DNA of 64,000 nt from Paragordius varius (lineage: Eukaryota; Animalia; Nematomorpha): contig OZ176051.1 in the NCBI GenBank assembly GCA_964247055.1, positions 14,942,001 through 15,006,000 of the forward strand, in the 5' to 3' direction. The notes under the pieces were generated by a model, which was not told where the DNA came from, searched no databases, and saw only the letters and a program-made list of their open reading frames with translations. Shown here one piece after another: positions 1-10,191 of this stretch. How positions within the stretch are numbered: the stretch's first letter is position 1; each line of letters opens with the position of its first letter. The position numbers were made by a program, and so were the translations under genes.

Positions 1-2014
1 CGTGTGATTGATATGTCCAACTAAACGTACGTTATTAATCAAATCAATAAAGCTACGTTTTGCAACTTTGGAAAGAGATTTAAGAAGGACCAATTGAAAT
101 TTTTCTCATAACCAAATATTGTAAGTTTGATCGATTTAATCATTGTGTGTGTAGACAATTCCTTTAACAATTCATATGTATAATTAATATTTGCGTGATA
201 ATCCCCAACACTAACTACTGTTGAATTTTTTTGCCGGACTTAAAAGCCTGAATAGTAGATACAAAAAATATTGCTGAATTGGCTTCTGTTTTAACTATTC
301 TGATCATATCACTGATTGATAATACATCCGAACAATTATAATTATTTGTCGATTCTATGTGTATGCATTGAAAATTATAAAATTTACAATAATCCAGGCG
401 CCTTATCAACGTTAATATGTGCGTTTTATTGGCAAAATCGTAGATTGAACCATCTCTGTATTTGCAAGCACCAATAAAATTGCCAATTTCACTAATTACA
501 TTGGTCATACCCGCACACTTGAGGTTATTCCCGATAACTATATGTAAAAAAAAGTTAAGAAATAAAATTAATTTCTAAATCTTAATAATATTAAAAAAAT
601 GATTTAATCAAAAAAAGATAGCGAATTGAAAAATCATCATTTATTGAAACATTATTCAATTTCATTGTACTCATTTGGTTGGTAATTTTCTTTAAATATG
701 GTGAGCTAATGTCTATGATTTGTAATTGTGGATATTCTTTTAATTCATCAATGTCAAATGTCTCAATAAAATTGTTTGAAATGTTTAAATATTACATATT
801 TAAGAAATAAGATTGTTCTTTAAGTGAAACAATATTTTCATTTTCCAAAGGAGGGAATAAATGCGTTATGTTATTATAAGCCAGATTTAAATGTGTAAGA
901 TTCCAAAGTTGTTGCCAAACATCCATATAAATAGCAGAGATTTGATTGTTTTCCAAGTTTAAAGATGAAGATTGCAAACTAGTCAAGTTTATATGTAACA
1001 AATGACTAGCATTTATTTGACCGTTCAATTTAAATACCAAATTTAGACTTTGTAACTTAGAACAAAATTGGTATTTTTCGTTCATTTTCTCCAATTCTAT
1101 CTGATTATAACTTAGGTTAAGAGCTTTTAGGCTGGGACTACACACATCAGTCCAACTACTTAATTTATTACCAGATAAATCCAATGTTTCTATGTTATGC
1201 GTTGCATTGAATCCCCCAATGACTACGTTTTTTAGATTCTTTCCAACTTTTAAATATTTTAAAGAAGGTGGAATATTCTGTAAATTAATTGTCTCCAAAT
1301 TGCTAGATAATAAAGTAAGATTAATCAGTTTCATTAAATTCCCTAAATTGGTTAATGATTGCGATGACAAATTTGTATGACCATTCATCTCCAAACTTTT
1401 TAGTGATGATGAAAAGTATTTTATTTGGCTTAAATCAAACGGTGTTTGCACATTTATTGATAAGAAGGTTAGGTTAGATTGGGACCCCAAATGTCTGAAT
1501 AATTGTTCCAATGCAGATTTAGATATTGATTTGTCTACTTGATTAATTTCCAAGCGGTTTAAATTGGGCAATGACATGTCCCCCGTAGTATTAACACTTT
1601 TAATTCGAACATTATCCAACTTTAATGCTCTTATCCATGTTACTTTTATATCGTTCAAGTTTAGCATTTCAAAATCGCAATTTATGAAGGTTAAATCAAA
1701 AAACTTATCTTAGAATCAAACATATCCTTATTATACCCAGACATTGATCCTGAACCACTGTGGTGAATTTGTTCTTCATCGTCGATCGGATAAAAATTTC
1801 GATGCGAATATAATTTCGCTAATTCTTCCAATTTAACTTTTAACATTTCCAATTGTCTGTCTCCCATGTTTTTGCATTTTATTTGGCTTAATTTACATTC
1901 ACATGGATTGGTTATATTGAGGCACCAATCATGAAAAACTTTGTTCGGAATGACTTCCGTGTGTGCTTTAATAAACGGACAAGCGCAGAAAAAAAGTATT
2001 ATAGGTAAATGCAT
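1..2014 (-). pseudogene. Leucine-rich-repeat secreted/receptor-like gene, 5' part (continues left of window), frame-disrupted
   Basis: Signal peptide plus LRRNT-like Cys motif (MHLPIILFFCAC...CLNITNPCECKLSQIKC) at 1691-2014. LxxLxLxxN repeats at 792-1667. The LRR frame continues past a TAA at 792-794 (M*YLNISNNFIE). Confidence 0.8.
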
Positions 2015-2580
2015 TTCACGTTTTTAACGAAAAAAAATTTAATGATAAAATAGAGTTATAAACTGCTAAAAATTTCTTTATTAATCGAAAATGAAGATTG
2101 TGTAATTCAGCGAATTGTTATTTACTAGCCTTATACGCAAGTTACATATAATAACTAGTAAATATAAGATATTACAACGAAAATAAATGATTAATATCTT
2201 CGAAATTTTATAATTAGAAATATAAATAAACAACCTACAGAGTTTACTTAATCGTTTCTAATGCATGCTACCTCTTTATAAAATAAACTTTTTTCGTGAT
2301 ATTTTTATTTTTTAGACGCACCTAGTTGATTGTAAAGATACAATTAGAAATTGATATTATCCTAATTAAGTAAAGTTATCTAGCCCAAAACTATTATATT
2401 TATATGATTTATTGTGTTAAATTACAATAAATTATACTAAGAAAATGTAATTACTTAAATACAAATATTTTTTTTAAAAGCTCTTTAAACCTTAATCCTT
2501 TTTAATAAATTATATAATTTGTGAATTTTATAAATTAGCAATTTAAACGTTTTTTGCAAAAAATATTTAGCGTTATTACA

Positions 2581-2607
2581 TTTATATATATATATATATA
2601 TATATAT
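2581..2607. repeat. (TA)n microsatellite (also at about 14093 and 25672)
   Basis: Direct reading of the sequence. Confidence 0.9.
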
Positions 2608-4412
2608 AAATCTTTAAATTGTATTGTTTCAGTATTGATGAAGTTAAATAAAATCAGGGCTATAAAAGGTATAAACGCCCACGTGTTGTCTGAAGGTAAA
2701 ACATTTCATAACACGTTTTTAAAAGTCTGAGTTAAGTTAAACAATAACCTTCAAATATTGTATAGACTATTAGTTATATATATTGCTCATATTAATTAAA
2801 ATAAATTTACCAAATCAGTAGATAACAATAACAAATGAAATACAAAACTCTATTAACTAAAAAATTTAAAAATAGAAAACATTTACCTTAGTTTACTAAA
2901 CAACATTATTATAAAGATGCATTTATTAACTTGAATTTGTCTAGCGTTTTAAATCTACAAGTAGATTAAAGTTTATCAATATGCTAGATTAAATGAATTT
3001 TGGATTTCTAATCTTTGATAACAAACGTAACAATAAAATTGAATACAAGTTTTTTGAAATATGATATTGTGAGTAAGTTAATTTTTCCTGAATATTTTAA
3101 AAATTAAAACTCCAATAAATTTGCTATATTGAACAATATTATTGTGATGCCCCTACAATTTTAGATACAGTTACAAGAGTTATAATTAACCATTTCATTC
3201 TATTTAGCTAAAGCGGTTTTTTAATTTTAATAAAATTTATATCTTCTGGCGCTCTTGTATTTCGTCTCGACAGTTTTATTTAATATATCACTAATAAAAT
3301 AATGGCAACATAAATATGGCCTATAGTAGCATTCGTTACTATGTATAATGAATCATACGATAGCCAATTCTTTTGGTTATATAGTTTAAAATGCCTTATA
3401 CTATAGCTAAATTAACCATATCTACTTCATTTTCAAATACAAGTTCTTTATTGACTCAATTTTAGGTAAATGTAGATTAATAAATGTATTCATCGCTTTT
3501 TGTCAAAGTCTTTGGAGAATTAGCCTTAGTAAAATTAATAGGATAATATAAATGCCAAACATATAGATATTGAAAATATCCAAAACCATTTAAGAAAGGA
3601 CAATATAAATCAACCATTAGCTATAGATATGAGGTTAGTATTTCGATTATAATATATATTTATTTTAGACGCAAAAAGTATCTAAAAATTTTGTACTTTA
3701 TTAATCGAAAATAACGATTGTGTAATTCAGCGAATTGTTATTAAATAACCTTATACGCAGGTTAGATATAATAACAAAATTTTGTAAATGAAAGAATTAC
3801 AACGAAAATAAATGATTGATTTCTTGGAGATTTTATAATTAGAAATAACAACCTATTGAGTTTACTCAATTGTTTATTATGCTGCTACCTTTTATAGAAT
3901 ATCTTTTTTTTGTTATACTTTTATTTTTTTCGCACCTAGTTAATTGTAAAGATACAGGTATTATCCTAATTAAGCGTATAAAGTTATCCGACCCAAAACT
4001 ATTATTGTATGATTTATTGTGTTAAATTACAATAAAATTAAAATTATACTGAGTAAATGTAATTATTTATATGTAATTATTTTTATTAAAGTACTCTTTA
4101 AACCTTAATCTTTTTTAAATTATATAATTAAAATTGTGAATTTATAAATTAGCAATTTAAACGTTTTTTGCAAAAAATATTTAGCGTATACTATTACATT
4201 TATTATGTATATTTTAAATTGTATTGTTTACGTGTTGTCTGAAGGTAAAACATTTCATAATATTTAACACGTTTTTGAAGGTTTGAGTTATATAAAAAAA
4301 TAAAATCAAATATTGTATAGACTATTAGTTATATATATTGCTCATATTAAGTAAAATAAATTTACCATATCTGGAGAATTACAATAACATATGAAATACA
4401 AAACTCTATTTA

Positions 4413-4989
4413 CACTTCGATTTAAATTGGGGTATCTAAATACCCCAGACTAAATTTAAATTAAAATTTTTAAAAAACACTGAAGGAAACGGTCCCAATT
4501 AAAATTTATGCTTCTATCCGGATAAATATTATATAAATATGCCAAAATATCTTGATAAAATTTTGTTTTGAAAAAAAGTTCCACCTCAAACTACTTCGAC
4601 GCCATTTTTATTTTACAAAAATTTTGCAAAATATCGTCTTCATTTAATTTTAAGGGTAAAACTAAAGCTTATTTTTTTTATAAATTACATCTAACATTGA
4701 TAGTAATAGAAAAAGCGTTTTATTTTGTATTATTTTTTTATTTTATAATTTGACACATGTCACGTTGACTAAATTTTTACCTGTCAGTTTTAGCTCAAAA
4801 AAGGTAATATCAAGTATTTTTAAATAAAATTTTTTATATATTTCGGTTTATAAATGTTATATAAGAGCAACATTTTGCCATGGTTTCGATTGCTTCCATA
4901 CATTTTAGACTACTTAATTTTAAACAGGCCTGGGGTATCCAACTACCCCAATTTAAATAGGACTAAAATGAGTGTGTTGTATCCAAGTG
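4413..4989. mobile_element. piggyBac-type non-autonomous element (MITE), 577 bp
   Basis: Termini CACTTcGAT / ATcCAAGTG. Flanks are TTTA and TTAA, and the paralogous empty site (about 2850) reads ctctaTTAActaaa. Subterminal inverted blocks ttaaattggggta / taccccaatttaa. Confidence 0.85.
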
Positions 4990-5352
4990 TTAACTAAAAA
5001 ATTTAAAAATAGAAAACATTTACCTTAGTTTACTAAACAACATTATTATAAAGATGCATTTATTAACTTGAAATGTAAAAAATATAAAGATATTATGTAT
5101 ACAAAATAATAATTAGTCAAGACAAAATGAATTTTGGATTACTATAACTAATCTCAAACGTAACAATAAAACTGGAATACAAGAATCAAAACTCCAATAA
5201 TTAATATTGAATAATACTCTGTGATTTAAAATACAGTTACAAGAGTTATTAACCATTTCGGGATTATGATTAGCTAAAGCGGTTTTTTCATTTTAATAGT
5301 TTCTTCAGCGCTATTGTATTTCGTCTCGACAGTTTTATTTAATATGTCACTA

Positions 5353-5591
5353 TGAATCTTGAAATACAATGATACTTTATTAAAAATTTCGTGATATTTA
5401 TACTTTTTTATTAATGATAATTTTAACATGCATGTGCGTCACAATTGTAACAATATGTCTTTTCTTCTACGAATATATATATAAGAATTCCATAATGACT
5501 CACGAACATAAACGCCAAACGTTATTAATATAATAATATGATGTAAGATAAAAATACAATGATGCAATGTTGTAAATTCAACTACATATCA
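5353..5591 (-). mobile_element. 3' LTR of the Ty3/gypsy element (239 bp)
   Basis: TG...CA termini, immediately after the polypurine tract AGAGGAGGAAGAGAG (5592-5606). On the minus strand the order is TGACTCA (5496-5502), TATA-like run (5472-5484), AATAAA (5376-5381). The left end coincides with the point where homology to the paralogous empty site breaks. Confidence 0.8.
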
Positions 5592-6940
5592 CTCTCTTCC
5601 TCCTCTAAAAAACGCTTAGGAGGTTTGCGGACTCGATTTGGGTAACGCCTGGGGGCCTCACTCTGCTCACCATCCGACCTCAGTTGATCGGCATGTTTCC
5701 TCATCTCTATTCCATCTTCATCCTTTACTTCGTACGATAACGGCCCCGTCCTTACTTCAACCGTACCCGGTCGCCATCCTCTAGATATCTCGTTCTTTAT
5801 AAATATTGACTGACAAGGTGTAAATTCTCTTAAGGGTCTCGGTGGTGTACTTACTTTAGGAGTTTCTTTATCTTGGAACCAATTCAACGGTGTGTTGATG
5901 TTCCGCTTTAAAAACAACGATGCGGGGGTCGTCTTTATCTCGTATGCCATGAATTTCGATAGGCCAATAAAACATTTAAAGCCTCTTGACTCTTCACGCC
6001 AGTCATCATCGTAAAACGAAATTTTGATTTCAACGTATAAATCATTCTTTCCACTGAACCATTTGTCCTTGGGTGGTAAGGAGCAGATGTCACATGATTA
6101 ACGTTCCAGTTTGTCATCTTTTCCCGAAAATTGAACCATTTGAAAAAAGTAGCATTATCAGATACTAGCATTCTTGGAAAACCATTTCTCCAATTGTTTC
6201 AAAATCACATCAGATGTAGTACTGCTAAGTATCCACCTCCTCCCATCTTGAGAACGCGTCAATTAAAATCAAGCAATATTTACCACACATGAGACCTGCG
6301 ATGTCCACATGAAGTCTTTCCCATATTTCCACATTGAAGTCCATTTATATACCGGATTCTCAGCAACGTTCGCCCTGTTCCTCTGACAACACTGACAGTC
6401 TGTACTAACTTTTCAATGTTCTTATCCATTCCGGGCCAAAACACCAACGACCTTGTTTTTCATAGCAACGATCCCCGGATGTCCTTCATGAAACCAAGCC
6501 AAAATTCGTCTTCGCGCAGCTGTTGGGATAACCAACCGATCACCAACATATACGAAACCATCGGCTTGTTTGAGATCATTTCTAACGGCTTTGAATGCGG
6601 ATAATTCCGTTGACCAATCATTATTTTTAAATGCCATACCTAGTCGTTTTAACAGTTTACTCCAAACAATCTTTTTTTATTTGTTTTAAATCCACGAATG
6701 CGATTTGTCGGATTTTTTCGGCCACATATTCATCATCATTGTCTACGGATGTCTGACTCTTTTCGGGAATTCTTGAAAACACATCGGCCATGTTTGTCGA
6801 TTCCACAATATATTTCATATCAAAATCATACGCTGCGGCCTTGTAGATCCATGTTAACAATTTACAGTTTCTAATATAACTTCCGATTGTTCCGAATAAA
6901 TGAATTATCGCCTTATAATCTAACCAAACCTCACATACAG

Positions 6941-6979
<39 letters not shown>

Positions 6980-8760
6980 ATAAATTTTTCTAACCCAAAT
7001 AGCAAAGCCTTAGTTTCTAATTCAATCACAGAATAATTTTTTTCTGCATTCTGGCATTTTCTTGATGCGAATGCAATTGGTACCATTCTCTCTCCATTAG
7101 CAGAATTACAATTCCAAAGACTTTTGTAGACGTATCTTGTATTATTGTTTTATTATTTATGTTATAAGTGGCAAGTAAAGATTCTCTTGATATTAGTTTT
7201 TTGCTTGCTTAAATTCATTTTGATCTTGTGACCATCTCCATTCCTTTTTGGATCCTGTTAGTGCATGTAGATTACTAACCTTGACATGTATTCATAATTG
7301 AGCAATCCCAAAAAGGATCTTAACTCAGTTTTATTAGTAGGTGTTGCACATTTAGTAATGGCGTCGATTTTATCTTGTACAGGGCGAATTCCCTATTTGA
7401 TAACTCAAAACCCTAAAATTTAATATTCTTCTGATGGAATTATAATTTATCTTTTCTTAACGTAAACCCGCATTTTTGTAACCTTGTTAGGGTCTCGCTA
7501 AGATTTTTATTATGTTCATCTTTCGTTTTACCAACAATCAAAACATCTACGAGATAAGCCATTGTGCCTCGGCAATCTTTGAGTACCTCATCCATTATTC
7601 TCTGGAAAAGGATGGGAGAAACCTTTAATCCAAATGATAGGCGATTAAATTGGAAATATCCCATCGGGGTAGTAATAACTAAATATTTTTTACTTTCCAC
7701 ATCCACCGGAATTTGAAGGTATGCGCTCTTTAAATCAATGGACGAGAACCATGTGGATCCCGCACATTTAGACGCGATCGTGTCAAATGTTGGGATAATC
7801 TGAGATATGTTCTCCATCAAAGAATTGATAGTTACCCGGAAATCAGCGCACACCCTAATTTCCCCATTAGTTTTTACGACGTTAACCGTAGGAGTCGCCC
7901 ATTCCACATGGTTTGTGTAGGATCAACGGGACTCACTATTCCCAGGTCCATCAGTCTCACTCTGTATTACCAATGGAATTCGCCGTGCAGCACAATCTTT
8001 TGGTATTGCATCTGATCGGACATATTGACGAGATCACCGTTGTAACAACCCAATTTCCCGTTAAAGAGTTTTGGAAATCGCTTGAATACATCATCATGAC
8101 CATTATTATTATTAGATGTTACTTGATTAACTTTCACGTTATCCGGTAAGGTCATGCCAAAACCAATGATCCAAGGCAGCCCAAATATCGGAGATATGTT
8201 TTTCCCAAGAGTTTGATTGGGTTGTGCCGTAGGAAGTTAATCTGGGAGCACTCTTGGTGCTCCCACCGTCTTCCAGACATTTTTATTAATCAGAGAAGCA
8301 GCAGCTCCAGTATCGAAAACCATACTGACAGCTTGGCCATAAATCGTAGCGCAAATGTTCGCTTGTGTGCCCCATTTATTATAATTAGCGTTTATATTCT
8401 CACTATATCGTTTTTTATGGCGACACATTGCCTGAAAATGATTTTTTTATTACAATTGTGGTATATTTTTCCGAACGCGGGACATTGTTTTGGTATATGC
8501 GATTTACCACATTTGCCACATCTCCGCTTCCATTTCCATTCATTATTATTGCCATCATCTTCTTTATGTTCCATATCATTTCTATTATTATTATTATTAT
8601 TAATTAGTATTATTATTATAATTCGACCGATTCTTTTAAATTTTGAGGAAATGCTTGACGACGCATGGGAGGCAATGGCCCTTGCAAGTTCTTGATCCAA
8701 GCCATGTCGACAATGGTGGTTAATGACACCGCCTTCCCACCACACTTCGCATCAGGGAAT
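5582..8760 (-). mobile_element. Decayed Ty3/gypsy (Mag/K02A2.6-like) gag-pro-pol, 5' truncated
   Basis: Gag knuckle CGKCGKSHIPKQCPAFGK; protease VFDTGAAASLI; RT EWATPTVNVVKTNGEIRVCADFR and YLVD; integrase HEGHPG, SDNAT, APYHPRTNGSVERM. Order is PR-RT-RH-IN, with many frameshifts. Confidence 0.93.
6944..6976. repeat. (TA)n microsatellite inside gypsy RNase H (33 nt; 37 nt in copy 2 at 18455-18491)
   Basis: Direct reading. It accounts for the +4 offset change between units. Confidence 0.9.
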
Positions 8761-8809
8761 TGTGATAAAGATCCATTTAGCATATATTCAAAATTTTATC
8801 TAGCGCGAG

Positions 8810-9077
8810 CTCTGCATTTTTGCGTTTTAAGAAAATTAGGCTATTTTAGAATGGGTTTTTCGGAGCCCACTCAAAAAATTTAGAAAAAATTTTCTTTTTT
8901 AATGTAGTTTATGATAAATTATATGACAATTTTTAGAATAAGCCATTTAGCTTTCATCCAAAAAATTTTATTTTACAAAAATGTGGGCAAACTTTGCCAT
9001 CATCTAATATGGAGCACTTGCCAGAAAAGTGTAATATATCATCAAGATATTTATTATTCCCGATTTTGTACACAGTG
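8810..9077. mobile_element. Dispersed DNA-transposon (Tc1/mariner-like MITE) remnant; copy at 20389-20656 and a homologue at about 36570-36914
   Basis: Shared block ttattttaca..aatgtgggcaaa.tttg.cat...agcacttgc.a.a.aagtgt. Both end in a tacac(a/t)gtg-TA terminus. Confidence 0.5.
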
Positions 9078-10191
9078 TATAAATACATTTTATTGAAAAT
9101 TATGTAATGTGCAACTAAAAGGTTAAAAAAGCAACTTTTTGAATTTGACCTAATACCCTAAATACTTGTAAAAATACTCAAATTTCAAATCGATAGGGTA
9201 TATAAAATCACCCCAAAAAGTCATAAAGTATTTATACAATAATGTTTTAAGTTTTCCACACATCTATTTAGTTATCTAGAAATTTTCTGATGTCCAAATG
9301 TATTGTTTTCTTCCAGATATAATTCGGGAGACCTTTGCGGGTTTTCCTAGTAGGAGTGAACAGCTTCATGTGACCCATTTAAATTAATTATGAATGAGAA
9401 ATTTTTGTTTTAGTTGTAACCATGTCAAACGCATTTATCATTTTGGTGAGGACGTTAGCCATTTAAAATTGTTAGATACTCGAGGGAGTTGACTTTTCTA
9501 ACGTTTGTATTTTGTGAGCCCATAACTTGCATTTTATTGGATAAGTCTTGACTTCTTTGTTCCATATGGCGCTTGGATATTCGGGTAGATAATTATCTTT
9601 GTCCTATTTAATATAGTTCATGATACTGATTTAGGTGGCTTTTACAAGTTTAAATTTTCATCCGCAAAAATAATTCCGAAGGAAATAAATACGACGTGGA
9701 GAAAATATTCAATTTGGAGAGAATAGCGGTGCCGTACAAGGTAAAAGATGGAAATCGATGCCTTCTCAGATCAATTACGGCCGACTGGCGTTTCGAGGGG
9801 TGGAGAGGAGAATGATTGTGGTCCAACGATAAACCAACCGATGTGTGCAATATAACAACCAATAATCGGAAAGTGAGGGACTAACAAGGCAAAGCAAAGG
9901 AAAGCGAGAAAGAACCAAAAAAGAGAATTTAATATATCCTATTGTTTGGCGAGTGACCTCAAGGGAGAAATCCATTAGCCTACACAAAAAATTAATGACT
10001 ATATTTTAGTTTTTGCATTTTGAACAAATGTATTATATATGTGACAAGATCTAACAACGATTTTGATTTAAGTCTCTAAGGGCAATAATATAGAATGCCA
10101 ATATTTATTTTTTCAAACACCCCCACTTAAAATATTTATTATTCCCAACACCCAATAACAACATTAAAACATGTTAAAACATTTTTTATTA

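Larger units (their letters stand above)
2066..5352. repeat. Older diverged tandem duplication upstream of the LRR gene (copy a 2066-3293, copy b 3682-5352); repeated in each array unit
   Basis: Shared blocks such as ctttattaatcgaaaat..gattgtgtaattcagcgaattgttatt (2076/3696) and ttcgtctcgacagttttatttaatat (about 3261/5320), with many substitutions. Copy b carries a 577-bp insertion. Confidence 0.9.

Noticed and set aside
1192-1380. Short plus-strand ORFs overlapping LRR, gypsy and LINE sequences (e.g. 1192, 6416, 7913, 8213, 8665, 11208, 48953, 50126 and their copies)
   Set aside because: They are antisense shadows of recognisable minus-strand coding sequence.
4568-4753. 61-aa ORF conserved in four places (4568, 16080, 27669, 35747)
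   Set aside because: It lies inside the MITE, has a TTG start and low complexity. Recurrence is explained by the repeat.
5302-5308. Second hammerhead core (CTGAAGA on the minus strand; also CTGATGA at 60440-60446)
   Set aside because: No stem II followed by GAAA in the right register.
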